A stretch of DNA of 64,000 nt, taken from the NCBI GenBank assembly GCA_963662285.2, contig CAXXMV010000003.1, positions 64,001-128,000 of the forward strand. The letters are read 5' to 3'. The position numbers and the translations under genes were made by a program. Source of the DNA: a bacterium. GTDB taxonomy: Bacteria; Hinthialibacterota; Hinthialibacteria; Hinthialibacterales; Hinthialibacteraceae. The notes under the pieces were generated by a model. It saw nothing but the letters and a program-made list of their open reading frames with translations. It was not told the origin of the DNA and made no database searches. This document shows, in pieces, positions 9,823 through 20,244 of the stretch; position 1 is the first letter of the stretch, and the number at the start of each line of letters is the position of its first letter.

Positions 9823-10806
9823 TTAACTAAATTCCTTCTTCTTCAAAATCGAAAAAGAATTAGCTCCCGAATCATAAACCGCAGTTTGCAGGTAATCGAT
9901 AGCCAGAGGAAGGCAATAGCGGTCATCGAACCATGATGGATTAATCACATCGTTGTTTTCTAAACCATTAAGATGACGTTGTAGAAGGTCATTCTCATGC
10001 AATACCCGAAAACCGAAGGGATAAAAATACTGGGTTTTGCGGCTGGTGTTTTTATAATCGTAGGCGCCGTTTTCAGTAATCTTGTCATCAAGAAAGCGGA
10101 ATCCCTTAAGCGCCGCTTGTCGGGCGTCTTCATCTTGAGTATGAAGGATATATTGCCCTAAACAAGAGAGTGTGATGGTCTGATATCCGATATCATAGCC
10201 TCCATACTCTTCAAAAAAACCTTGTGGATTCTGTTTCTCAATAACGAAATTAATCCGTTTAGCTGATGCATCAATGATTGCGTCATCTTCCAATAACTCT
10301 CCAGTGATTCGTAAGGCTACGGCTGAAGCGGCCATCTGATTCATGACAATAGGATTATCACGTACTAATAGCCATTTAGCCGCCTGATAAAGTGAATCTT
10401 TGGGCGTCGGGCACTCAATCAAACGGCAGGTTTCCGCCGCAGCGTATAGGGTGAATGACGTTACGCAAAATGAGCGCTCGAAAGGCCAATACTCATCAAA
10501 ACTGCCATCGCTTCTTTGGATGCGGGTCCAGAATTTAACCGCTGACGACGCCCATTCATAGATGCGTTGTTTATGATAAAAACGGTTTTGGGGATGGTTA
10601 TATAAATAAAGCAGCGCCAGAAACTGACTGGCTTCCTGAAACCGCGCATTAACAAAATCAACCTGACGGTAATGCCAATAGTAGCGGTCGTAACAACCAT
10701 AGGATTCAGAAAACTCGTCACGGTCGCCCAGACCGAGGATGCGATTGGCCTGGCTTAACGCTATCTCGCCATATTTTTTACAAGAAATATTTGATGAATC
10801 TGACAT
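9823..10806 (-). CDS. Hypothetical protein, probable alpha/alpha-toroid fold
   Basis: 327-aa ORF with helical repeats ending QRSDGSFDEY, QNPQGFFEEYGG and ITENGAY (QxxDG-type). Confidence 0.6.
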   Translation of the reverse strand: MSDSSNISCKKYGEIALSQANRILGLGDRDEFSESYGCYDRYYWHYRQVDFVNARFQEASQFLALLYLYNHPQNRFYHKQRIYEWASSAVKFWTRIQRSDGSFDEYWPFERSFCVTSFTLYAAAETCRLIECPTPKDSLYQAAKWLLVRDNPIVMNQMAASAVALRITGELLEDDAIIDASAKRINFVIEKQNPQGFFEEYGGYDIGYQTITLSCLGQYILHTQDEDARQAALKGFRFLDDKITENGAYDYKNTSRKTQYFYPFGFRVLHENDLLQRHLNGLENNDVINPSWFDDRYCLPLAIDYLQTAVYDSGANSFSILKKKEFS

Positions 10807-10900
10807 TATTCTAAATAAGGCTCCTGTTCAGAAAATATATATTATTTTCAATTGATAGTTATGATAAAAGCAATTCGGGCGCCCGAATGAACTCATCCCC

Positions 10901-11596
10901 TTATTGAATCTGCGAACGGTAAATCAACTTCCAATAAATCATGCGAATCATGGTATTATGCAATCCCAACCATTGTTTGCGCCAGACGCTTTTTCCATCT
11001 GAGGGATATAGGATAAGTTCAACATCGTCATCAGGGAACGTGTCATCATGCATGATCTTATTCATGCGGGAATTATAACGCCGGGTGAACATGATATAAG
11101 AGTGGAAATTACGGATTTTGATCCAGTCGCGGATCATCAATTGACGGTCAAGCATATTGGTGGCTTTTCTGGGGATGCAGGAAATGTCTTCCAATGGGAC
11201 ATCGGCTTCATCAAGTTTCTGTTTAATAAAATAGAGCATCGAAACGGGGGCGTCAACATCTTTATACGTATCCGGGACGCCGCTGGTTATCAATATCGCT
11301 TTTACTTTATTCTGATGATATAAGTCAATCGCCATATCAAGATTGCCGCCCAGCCCCCCGACAAGAACTACGTCAGCATTGTGAAAGGGCGTCTCATATA
11401 CAAATATCCAATTGAAAAGCAGGTCAAGCGGCCTACAGAAATAGAAGAAAGTAATGAAAATCAGGATAAATCCAATTATCCACAACCGCCTGTGTTCTCG
11501 TCTCACATGGCCGATGTGGATTGAAGGGGATGAGTCGGATATTGGTTCAACCTGATGAGAGGTTGAACGGGATTTTTTCTCTGAAAAGAAAAGCAT
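10901..11596 (-). CDS. Membrane-anchored YdcF/DUF218-like protein (divergent; start uncertain)
   Basis: Single TM followed by ADVVLVGG, AIDLYHQNKVKAILITSG and LDEADVPLEDI. Confidence 0.55.
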   Translation of the reverse strand: MLFFSEKKSRSTSHQVEPISDSSPSIHIGHVRREHRRLWIIGFILIFITFFYFCRPLDLLFNWIFVYETPFHNADVVLVGGLGGNLDMAIDLYHQNKVKAILITSGVPDTYKDVDAPVSMLYFIKQKLDEADVPLEDISCIPRKATNMLDRQLMIRDWIKIRNFHSYIMFTRRYNSRMNKIMHDDTFPDDDVELILYPSDGKSVWRKQWLGLHNTMIRMIYWKLIYRSQIQ

Positions 11597-11734
11597 AGTT
11601 TCCCAATTATTAGAATTGCAATATAAATAGTACGTCTTTTTATCATCGCACAAATTTCTTAAAAGCGATATATAAAGAGATGTATTTTTAACAAAATATG
11701 TTACAGAGAAAATATAAAGCCACCCAACCTACGC

Positions 11735-11844
11735 GTAGGGTGGGTCAGCTTTACCGACCCACCAAAAATCCACCTATTCCGTCCAAAAATCCTACCCAAT
11801 AATATCACTCAAGCGTAGGGTGGTGTCAGCCTCATCGACCCACC
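11735..11844. repeat. REP cluster (family A)
   Basis: Exact copy of 942-970 at 11735-11763 and variant GTAGGGTGGTGTCAGCCTCATCGACCCACC at 11815-11844, each followed by AAATCCAC. Confidence 0.85.
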
Positions 11845-11860
11845 GAAAATCCACCCATTA

Positions 11861-14800
11861 TCACTCAGCATACATCAATACCGTCGGTATCGGGCAGTTT
11901 TTGGGGAATCGATATACCTCCAAAGCATCCAGGTATAAGGAAACGCCGCTTGTTTCAGAACCGCCAGCCAGTTGTACAATAGGCGCCACTGTTCCCGAAG
12001 GTGGATAATAAGTGAAAACTACCCAGTGATAGCCATCTTCATACAAACCGCTATCCATATCAATGTGGGATGCCAGCGAACCGTTGAATGATCCATCCAC
12101 GCCCACTACAGCAATAGATGCTCCACTGCCAGTCGATTTAATCCGTGCGCGGATCATAACCAGATCGTCGCCTGATTCGATAGTGGGGAAGAGAAGCAGT
12201 TCAACTTCTCCAGCCGATACGTCAAGCGTAGCGCCTATACCGTCGCTGATCATGCCATCTTGCGCGGGGAATTCGCCAACCGAAACTCTCCCTGCAGGAG
12301 ATTGCAAAAATCCGCCGGGTTGTTCAATATATTCATCAGTAGATAGTAAATTATAGGTTTGCGCCGGCAGCGGAGGAAATGACGGCGCTGTTTCCCGGGA
12401 AGCGCTTGAAGCCAGCAACCAACCGGGAATGCTTACGCCTTTGGGGATTTGGTATATCTCAATGTTATCTAAATACAGTTTGACCTCTTGTTCGCCTTGA
12501 AGGTTGGCTAATTGGAATACGGGAATCACTGTATCCGCCGGCGTCTCATAGATAAGCGTCATCCACTGATAGCGGTTAAAGAATACGTTACTATCAGCCG
12601 GGAAATTAGTGGCGATAGATCCATCCAGCTCGCCGCTCAAAGCGCCTAGCGCCACCGATGCTCCGGGGCCGTTTGAAGCAACCAATGCACGGACAAGAAT
12701 CAGGCCGCCGCCAGTTTCTACTTGGGGGAACTGCAACAACATTACTTCTCCAGGCGCGGCGGATATCGTGGCGCCTTTTCCATCGGTGATCTCATTGATA
12801 TTGGCCGGTAATGATCCAACCGAGACGCTTCCGGGATCCATTCCCGTAAATCCACCGGGAATCGGAATAAATTCTTCCTGCGCTTGGATATAAAAGACTT
12901 TGAACGGTTCTTGCTCGCTTACCAGATTGGGTACGCCATGCAGATGGATGGAATAAGTTGCATGACCATTAACAAATTCACTCACTTTAAGATAATAAGT
13001 TCCAGCGGTATCAGGTGAAAAACGAATCAGGAAATTGTTTCCCGAACCGCCGTCATCCTGCTCCACTACTGGTAGGCTGGCGCCAGCGTAATAAAGCGCG
13101 GCAACCGTGTCGGAGTTTCCGCTTGAATAAATTTCATAGGTTGCGCCGACCGCCAGTTGAATCATGAACCAGTCTTCAGTATCTTCATTCGACAAGGAAT
13201 GGGGGCCATGTTGTTGTTCAAAATCAGTCAGGACTCCCAGGTCGGTGGCGCCGGAATTCTGGTTGTCTCCTGGATCCCAATCATCAGCGATTGCGCTATC
13301 GGGGATTGATGAATATTCACTGTAATGCAGCAAGTACGTCCCACGGTTGCCCCGGTCGAACATTCGGACTCGAAGATAGTAAGTTCCACTGGTTAAGGGG
13401 CTGAAATGCATACTGAAATTATAACTGGAGCCGCCTTCGTCTTCCTGGGTGATTCCGTCTGTTCCATCGGCGCCGAATAATTCTCCTACCGTATCCGCTG
13501 AGCAGGAGGTGCGGAATTCATAATCAGTTCCCGCCGATAAAACAAAGACGAACCAATCTTCCTGATCTTTTAGAGATAGATTGTGCGAGCCATGCGTTTG
13601 AATCTCTAAACCTGGGATTCCCAATACTGTGGCTTGAGAGAAATCATCATCCACTGGATCCCATTGATCCAGGAAAAGAGGCGTCGGATCGGCTGTTTTA
13701 ATATAAGCGAGGTCATAGGTCGCATCCAGGTTTTGGAACGAGCGTATTCTCAAATAATAAGTTCCATCAGTTTGGGGAGTGTAAACAATGGAGAAGTTCC
13801 AGTCTAAGCCGCTGTCATCATCAGCGCTAACCTCAGTAATTCCATCGGATAAGAACAATTCAGCCAGAGTGTTCGAGTCGCCTTTTGATGAGAACTGGTA
13901 GGTCGCGCCAGCTGTAAGCTGGAATTGGAACCAATCAAAGCGGTCAGTCTGGTTTAAGGTATGTGGACCTTGAGTCTGTAGATAATTGGCTGGCTTCCCG
14001 ATTTTAATGCTTGTTTCAACGAAATCATCGACGGGATCCCAGAAGTCGCCTCCAGGTAAAGGTTCTACTCCGCTTTTGACATGCAGCACATAAGAGCCAA
14101 ACAGAATACTCTCAAACATTTTTATACGAATGAAATATCTTCCATCCTCAGATGGAGTGAAAATAAGCCTGAAATTCTTGTTTTCACCACTATCATCATC
14201 TGCTGCAACGCGAGTCTCTCCATCGGGAAGAAAAAGTTCGGCTGCTATATCAGAAGCGCCGGTAGAACTGAACTCATAAGTTTCAGCAACAGTCAAATCA
14301 ACTGCAAACCAGTCATAGAGATCATCATCTGATAACGTATGTAATGGATAATCTGTACCTTGCGTAATTGGAGCATCCAACAAAACGGCTCCATCAATGG
14401 TATCGTCGATGGGGTCCCAATCGTCTTTGGGCGCTTCAATGCCTCCTCTGATTACTGAATGAAGGCTATAGGTTCCATCCTGATAATCTTCATACATGCG
14501 AACCAGTAGGAAATAATCGCCTGATGTTTCTGCTTTGAATCTAATAGAAAAGTTGATGATCGGTCCATTATCATCATCAGCGGCGACTATGGTGGTTCCA
14601 TCTGTAGCATACAATTCACCTGAAGTATCGAATTCTCCGGTCGCAAAAAATTCGTAAATCACGCCTTGTTGCAGTGGAAACTTAAACCAGTCTTGAGGAT
14701 CACTTTCAGATAGGTTATGTGGTCCGTGGATATCTTCGGTAATGGTTGGAGAAATCATTTGAGTTGCGGTTTCCCGCAGGTTATCATTCGGATCCCATTG

Positions 14801-14884
14801 ATCTTCGGAGAATTGAGCGAAAACAGGCGCTACGAACAACATGGAGATACAAAAAGTAATAGAGACTTTCAACAACTTTTTCAT
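11861..14884 (-). CDS. Large secreted acidic repeat protein: five PPC-like domains plus two copies of a C-terminal domain
   Basis: Signal peptide MKKLLKV...VFAQ after GGAAGG. Five repeats DxWDPxD...H.LS..D..DWF...DD.G...NF.i.f.p...G.YylRv, then a duplicated PGGF...DGxGA...GEVxLLxFP domain. Confidence 0.8.
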   Translation of the reverse strand: MKKLLKVSITFCISMLFVAPVFAQFSEDQWDPNDNLRETATQMISPTITEDIHGPHNLSESDPQDWFKFPLQQGVIYEFFATGEFDTSGELYATDGTTIVAADDDNGPIINFSIRFKAETSGDYFLLVRMYEDYQDGTYSLHSVIRGGIEAPKDDWDPIDDTIDGAVLLDAPITQGTDYPLHTLSDDDLYDWFAVDLTVAETYEFSSTGASDIAAELFLPDGETRVAADDDSGENKNFRLIFTPSEDGRYFIRIKMFESILFGSYVLHVKSGVEPLPGGDFWDPVDDFVETSIKIGKPANYLQTQGPHTLNQTDRFDWFQFQLTAGATYQFSSKGDSNTLAELFLSDGITEVSADDDSGLDWNFSIVYTPQTDGTYYLRIRSFQNLDATYDLAYIKTADPTPLFLDQWDPVDDDFSQATVLGIPGLEIQTHGSHNLSLKDQEDWFVFVLSAGTDYEFRTSCSADTVGELFGADGTDGITQEDEGGSSYNFSMHFSPLTSGTYYLRVRMFDRGNRGTYLLHYSEYSSIPDSAIADDWDPGDNQNSGATDLGVLTDFEQQHGPHSLSNEDTEDWFMIQLAVGATYEIYSSGNSDTVAALYYAGASLPVVEQDDGGSGNNFLIRFSPDTAGTYYLKVSEFVNGHATYSIHLHGVPNLVSEQEPFKVFYIQAQEEFIPIPGGFTGMDPGSVSVGSLPANINEITDGKGATISAAPGEVMLLQFPQVETGGGLILVRALVASNGPGASVALGALSGELDGSIATNFPADSNVFFNRYQWMTLIYETPADTVIPVFQLANLQGEQEVKLYLDNIEIYQIPKGVSIPGWLLASSASRETAPSFPPLPAQTYNLLSTDEYIEQPGGFLQSPAGRVSVGEFPAQDGMISDGIGATLDVSAGEVELLLFPTIESGDDLVMIRARIKSTGSGASIAVVGVDGSFNGSLASHIDMDSGLYEDGYHWVVFTYYPPSGTVAPIVQLAGGSETSGVSLYLDALEVYRFPKNCPIPTVLMYAE

Positions 14885-15116
14885 ATTGATCCTTCCAAAT
14901 AAATAGATAATAAATTGAAAGACATTATCCAGGCGCAAAGCGTTAAAGCAGTTGTTATGATTTGCTGAAAAAAGAAATAAGGAAATATCTTGTTTTTTTC
15001 AACCCGAACATAAAATTGGCAACTACTTATGTCTATAGAATTCTACTTGAAATAAAACTTACTATCAAAAAAATTAACTTTTTTAGATTATTATGGTAAA
15101 CAAAAGTTTTGCTGGC

Positions 15117-16076
15117 TTATTTCATTCCCAAACGGACTTCTCTGATCCCTTTTTCGGCGCCGGTTGGTTGAGTGAGTGGAGTATATAGTTCAGGCCGCCT
15201 TGCCTGCATCCATCTGCGTCCTGAACTTTGCGGCTGCAAGGAGGCGTCCAGATCGGCTATGACCATATCGTCTCCAGCTTTCCAGGTCTCATTAATAATC
15301 CGTCCATAGGGATCAAGAATCATGGAGTTGCCGGTACGGATTTCATTACCATCGATGCCTATTCCATTGCTGAAAATAAGAAAAATACCATTATCGTGCG
15401 CTCTGGAGGGAAGCCAGCGCATCAACCATTCCCGCCCTTTTGGTCCGCGTAGTTCATTTTCAATAGCATGTGGGTCGTTATTTCTGTTATCCCACAGTTT
15501 TTTGTCCACTAAGCCCATTGCATGGGGGCTGCGGCAAAGGCAGCCGCCAGTCTGGTGAGGGGCGATCAGAATTTCCGCCCCCATGATTGCATTGATGCGG
15601 GCGTTCTCAATAATGTTATTGTCATAACAGATCAGCACCCCAACCCGGCATCCGTGGGGCGTGTCAAATACTGTATAGGAAGAACCGCATTTTATATGCT
15701 GATTGAAAAATGCATGCAGTTTGCGGTGACATTTGCATTGCCCATCAGGCATGGCGATTACATAAGAGTTATATAATTGGTCGTCATCGCCTAATTCGAC
15801 TAATCCGGCGCCAATGGTTATATTGAAATCTTTAGATAATCTCAATAAAGATTGTGAACAAGATCCGCTGGCAACCGGCTCGGCCAATTTAAGCATTTGA
15901 TTGCGGTCTAAATCACGTAGATTCCAATAGCCCGACAGGCAGCATTCAGGAAAGGCGATGATTTGCACATCTTGTTTTGATGCTTGTTCAACAAACTGGC
16001 GTACAATTTCTAGATTAGCATCTGGATCAAAAGGTTTATATTCGAATTGAACGGATGCTACGCGTATATTTTCCAT
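15117..16076 (-). CDS. Nitrilase / carbon-nitrogen hydrolase family protein
   Basis: Catalytic E-K-C triad in FPEC, HRKLH and ICYD, plus C-terminal RRPELY. Confidence 0.92.
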   Translation of the reverse strand: MENIRVASVQFEYKPFDPDANLEIVRQFVEQASKQDVQIIAFPECCLSGYWNLRDLDRNQMLKLAEPVASGSCSQSLLRLSKDFNITIGAGLVELGDDDQLYNSYVIAMPDGQCKCHRKLHAFFNQHIKCGSSYTVFDTPHGCRVGVLICYDNNIIENARINAIMGAEILIAPHQTGGCLCRSPHAMGLVDKKLWDNRNNDPHAIENELRGPKGREWLMRWLPSRAHDNGIFLIFSNGIGIDGNEIRTGNSMILDPYGRIINETWKAGDDMVIADLDASLQPQSSGRRWMQARRPELYTPLTQPTGAEKGIREVRLGMK

Positions 16077-16084
16077 GATTTCCT

Positions 16085-17635
16085 CTAGTTTTTATCACTG
16101 TATTCAGTTGAATTAACTTCGATTAATGATTGATGCTTGATTCTGCATTGTACGATAGTTCCACCATCCTGGTCCGGTTGGATTTCTAATTCAGCGCCGA
16201 TCATTCCAGCGCGGTATTGCATGATTCTTAATCCCATGCCATCTGGCCGGTTCCGGTGATTTGTCAATCCTATTCCATCATCTTTTACGGTAAGCTGGAA
16301 ATATTCATTCTCAGTTTCCAACCGAAGCCAAATATGTTTGGCCATGCTATGTTTGATGGCATTATTGAGCGCTTCCTGGGCAATTCGGTATAAGTTAATG
16401 TTGATAGTGGCATCTTGAAAAGAGATGTCTGAATCGCAATGAAACAGGCAAGGGACTTTATGGATATGTTCGGTTTGTTCCACCAGGTCTTGCAACGCGC
16501 CATCCAATCCCCCATCCTGCAACTTCACCGGCATCAGGCCTTGCGCTAGCCAGCTGGATTGATGAATCGCTTGTTTGACCAGGTCGGATATTTCGTGAAC
16601 ACTCTCTACTTCGTTGGGTGCATTGTTTTTTATTTTTTTTGATAATCCTTGGAGAAGACAGGAAATTCCGGTCAGCAGCTGTCCTAATCCATCATGCAAA
16701 TCTCGTCCGATGCGATTTTGTTCCCGTTGGCTGATTTCCAGGATCTCTTTTTCGAGCCGTTTCCTCTCCGTCATATCACGAATCATGACCAATACTTCAA
16801 GATTGCTGATCACTACTAGTCTCGCTTCAAAATCGTGCATTGTACCATCATGTTCGTATTGGAATTCGAAAATTTGAGGATTGCCGCTTTCCAAAGCATT
16901 CTGAACGGATTTCAATAAGTTTAACGCGGTTTCTTCCTGCATCAGTTCAGATAATAGAATTTCTCGCTCAGGGCCGCTAAAGGGGATTTTTCCTATGCCT
17001 TCGCCTGGTTTATATTCAAGACATACGCCGTCGCACCGGATTCGCAGAATACTGTCCGGAATGGAATTGATAAGGGTTTTCAATCTTTCCTGGCTGGCTT
17101 TACGGGCATCATCAGCTTTTTGGAGCATGTCCAGGTCAGCAGTTAATTGCCGGTTAAGAAACTGCAACTCCGCAGTGCGTAATTCAACCCGCGCTTCTAA
17201 TGCATTTTGAATGAACAGTAGTTCAGACTCGATTTTTTTTTGTTTTAGCATTAATTTGCCAATCATCTCACCACAAATAATCAGCAGCAATATTGCTATG
17301 GTCAACAGAGTAAATGATTCAATTAAAGAGATATGGATATAGAGAAAAATCCATGCTACGGCTATTGTTGTTACGAAAATAATTGATAAATAGTATTTTC
17401 TGGGATACATGAAAGCGGAATATACAATTGGAGCAATAAGAAGACCAAGCAGGTTTGATAAAGTATGTGAAAGATTGTGCGGTCCATACTCATGGCATAA
17501 TATAAATCCGCTTGCGATGCAAAAAAGCGATATGGAATATACCAACAAGAAAGTAAGACCTGATGATGAAACGGTTACTTTCTGCATAATTTTATCTATT
17601 CTTTCTTTAGAAAAACTTTGTTTTATCATACTCAA
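16085..17635 (-). CDS. Membrane PAS sensor histidine kinase (HisKA_3, NarX/UhpB type)
   Basis: About 4 TM helices, PAS, EQNRIGRDLHDGLGQ H-box, YRIAQEALNNAIKHS, DDGIG, GMGLRIMQYRA. Confidence 0.92.
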   Translation of the reverse strand: MSMIKQSFSKERIDKIMQKVTVSSSGLTFLLVYSISLFCIASGFILCHEYGPHNLSHTLSNLLGLLIAPIVYSAFMYPRKYYLSIIFVTTIAVAWIFLYIHISLIESFTLLTIAILLLIICGEMIGKLMLKQKKIESELLFIQNALEARVELRTAELQFLNRQLTADLDMLQKADDARKASQERLKTLINSIPDSILRIRCDGVCLEYKPGEGIGKIPFSGPEREILLSELMQEETALNLLKSVQNALESGNPQIFEFQYEHDGTMHDFEARLVVISNLEVLVMIRDMTERKRLEKEILEISQREQNRIGRDLHDGLGQLLTGISCLLQGLSKKIKNNAPNEVESVHEISDLVKQAIHQSSWLAQGLMPVKLQDGGLDGALQDLVEQTEHIHKVPCLFHCDSDISFQDATININLYRIAQEALNNAIKHSMAKHIWLRLETENEYFQLTVKDDGIGLTNHRNRPDGMGLRIMQYRAGMIGAELEIQPDQDGGTIVQCRIKHQSLIEVNSTEYSDKN

Positions 17636-17900
17636 AATTTACTAAAAAAGTAACACGATCAGATTATTTTAGGTTTAATTATATTTGGACGATTCTCAAA
17701 ATTATGCTCCTTGAATATCGTGTTTGGACTCGATGAAGATGAGGGCGAAACGATTAAATCTATAGATATGAAGATATCCATCTGCCGGTTGACTTGTAAT
17801 ATCACTTGTTGAATAAATAGTTTTTGCTTTATAATATGCAAACAAATATATATCACCTTGAATTCATGTCCACTATATCCATAACCTTGAGGATTAAATT

Positions 17901-18833
17901 GTGAACGAGCATCAGATGGAAGTTTTGATTGCTTATGATGATCTGTCTCTAATGAAATTGCTTCAGTCTAATCTCAAGCAATGGGGTTTTAACGTATTAT
18001 CCGTCACTGATGGCAATGAAGCATTATCTATCCTGAAAAGCAAGCAATCTCCCAGTATGGCAGTGCTGGATTCGCAGATGCGTGGATTGGATTCGAAAGA
18101 GTTATACCGTTCTTTAAGAGATAGTGGAAATATAAAATACACCTATATCATATCGCTGGCTGATGATGAACAATACAAAGAACTTATTAACGAAACTGAA
18201 TTTAATGCTGATGATTACCTGACCAAACCTTTCAATATCCACGAACTGAAGTTCCGTTTGAATACCGGGATGCGGATTCTAAGTTATCAGGAAAAACTGC
18301 TGCGCGAACGTGAGAGTTTGCGCAAAATGGTCACCTATGATTCATTGACCAATATATTCAACCGCCCCGCTATTTTGGGGATATGTGAGAAAGAGTTGGT
18401 TCGTTCAAGCAGACAGAAAAATGCAACCAGTTTGATTATGACCGATATTGATGATTTTAAGAGAGTAAATGATACTCACGGTCATATTGTGGGAGACCAT
18501 GTATTACATGATATAGCCAAGCTTATCGAAGATTCTCTTCGGCCTTACGATTCCGTTGGCCGGTATGGCGGTGAAGAATTTCTCATTGTCGTACCTAACT
18601 GCAAGTGTGTTGATGCGGTTGAACTGGCTGATCGAATCCGGCAAACCATTGAGGACAATCCCATTGTATATAATGGATTAACTATACCTATCACCTTAAG
18701 CCTTGGCGTTGCTTCAATGAATGGAAATGTTGGTTTCAATCCTAATGAGTTAATTAATTTAGCTGATCAAGCGCTTCTACATGCCAAAGCCAGGGGGAAG
18801 AATCGAGTAGAAAGATTGATAATGAACAGTTGA
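17901..18833 (+). CDS. Response-regulator diguanylate cyclase (REC-GGDEF)
   Basis: Receiver (VLDSQM, DDYLTKPF), DIDDFKRVND.HGH.VGD, RPYD I-site and RYGGEEF active site. Confidence 0.93.
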   Translation: MNEHQMEVLIAYDDLSLMKLLQSNLKQWGFNVLSVTDGNEALSILKSKQSPSMAVLDSQMRGLDSKELYRSLRDSGNIKYTYIISLADDEQYKELINETEFNADDYLTKPFNIHELKFRLNTGMRILSYQEKLLRERESLRKMVTYDSLTNIFNRPAILGICEKELVRSSRQKNATSLIMTDIDDFKRVNDTHGHIVGDHVLHDIAKLIEDSLRPYDSVGRYGGEEFLIVVPNCKCVDAVELADRIRQTIEDNPIVYNGLTIPITLSLGVASMNGNVGFNPNELINLADQALLHAKARGKNRVERLIMNS

Positions 18834-18900
18834 ATATATATTGTATGCTTCCACTTTTTGCCGATAAATCTTACCTGTATGCGACTGGATATCCTTCATT

Positions 18901-20244
18901 GTGAATCACGCAATTATTCCAAAAAGAAAACCGAATGATGCTTACCTGCTTTTAGATTCTTACCTATTTAAAATTTTCACCAAAATAATCCCCATTGTAT
19001 TCTTGTTCTTCTTTTTTTATATTCATCGCGCTCAGCATTTTTCCGGAGATGGCGCCTTGATCGCCCGCATGACAGAAGGCGGTAAATGGTTAGTCAAGAA
19101 CGAATTGCTATCTCAGGCAGTGCTTCAGTTGGTTTATCAATGCGCATCGCCCTTCAATCTTACCGCCATTGAAATAATGAATATATTATCTTGTTTGTGC
19201 AGTGTATTCGCTATATGGATATTGTTAAAATTCAGCCAGTTATATCAACTGAAATTGAGCTGGCCATTGCTCTTGTTTGGCTCATCAGGTTTTTTGATTT
19301 ATGCTTGTGGGCATACCGAATACTATCCTATCCTGCTCCCCGCAATGTTTATTTATGGTTTTGCAGCTGTGCTTTATCTGCGTGATAAATGCAGCATTAC
19401 CGGCGCCGCTTTGAGTTTCGTCATCGCTTGCGGATTGCACTTTGGCATGTTGATAGCATTGCCTTCATTGCTGTTGCTGCCTCTGCTCAAGAAGCGGTTG
19501 AGTGATTGGTGGACTATAGCATTATGGCTTATATTGATAATTCCTCTGGTTTTGATCCGCAACTATCCCCAGATGCTTGGACATAAAGCCGCTGGATTAT
19601 CGCCCGCCTGGAATTTCCTGCCCTGGTTTCACAGTGAAGGCATGTATCGTCACTATGCTGTTTTTCAGTGGGGACATTTAGGGGATTGGTTGTATGCCTG
19701 GAGTATGCGTTCCTGGATATTCTGGATTGCCATTCCTGCGATTATTACATCTGTGATTGCCCAGGATCATTACCATAATAAATACCGGAACGAAAGATGG
19801 TTTTTATTTGTCTACACAATTTGCTTCACTGTATGGAGTTTTTTATGGCATCCCGATCTCGGCATCGAAGCGGATTGGGATCTCTTCGCCATAGAAGCGG
19901 CGCCATGTCTTTTATTATTGATTACCTTCATGCCGATCATTAAGCATCGAACTGTAATGCAGACCATGCTGGCCATAGCCTGCTGCGCATCGGTGATGAT
20001 CAATTACGCCCATATCCTACGCAAAACCGATTTTCCCCATCATGGATATGGCCAGGTTGAACTACATCTCAAGACGCCTATTAAGGCCGAATTTACTTTA
20101 GGCGGCTATAATCGGGACTTGTCAATGCCGCATATCAGCGAAGGAACCTATCAAGCGAAATTGATAGATCAGACCAACCGCCGGGTTCATGAGATGAATA
20201 TCGTCGTCGTTAAGAATCAGTCAACTCGTATTGTTATTGAATAG
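18901..20244 (+). CDS. Polytopic membrane protein, possibly GT-C-like
   Basis: 447 aa, about 10 hydrophobic segments, soluble C-terminal tail. Confidence 0.6.
   Translation: MNHAIIPKRKPNDAYLLLDSYLFKIFTKIIPIVFLFFFFYIHRAQHFSGDGALIARMTEGGKWLVKNELLSQAVLQLVYQCASPFNLTAIEIMNILSCLCSVFAIWILLKFSQLYQLKLSWPLLLFGSSGFLIYACGHTEYYPILLPAMFIYGFAAVLYLRDKCSITGAALSFVIACGLHFGMLIALPSLLLLPLLKKRLSDWWTIALWLILIIPLVLIRNYPQMLGHKAAGLSPAWNFLPWFHSEGMYRHYAVFQWGHLGDWLYAWSMRSWIFWIAIPAIITSVIAQDHYHNKYRNERWFLFVYTICFTVWSFLWHPDLGIEADWDLFAIEAAPCLLLLITFMPIIKHRTVMQTMLAIACCASVMINYAHILRKTDFPHHGYGQVELHLKTPIKAEFTLGGYNRDLSMPHISEGTYQAKLIDQTNRRVHEMNIVVVKNQSTRIVIE

Noticed and set aside
17659-17856. 65-aa ORF between the kinase and the diguanylate cyclase
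   Set aside because: It lies in a divergent promoter region with no RBS or motif.
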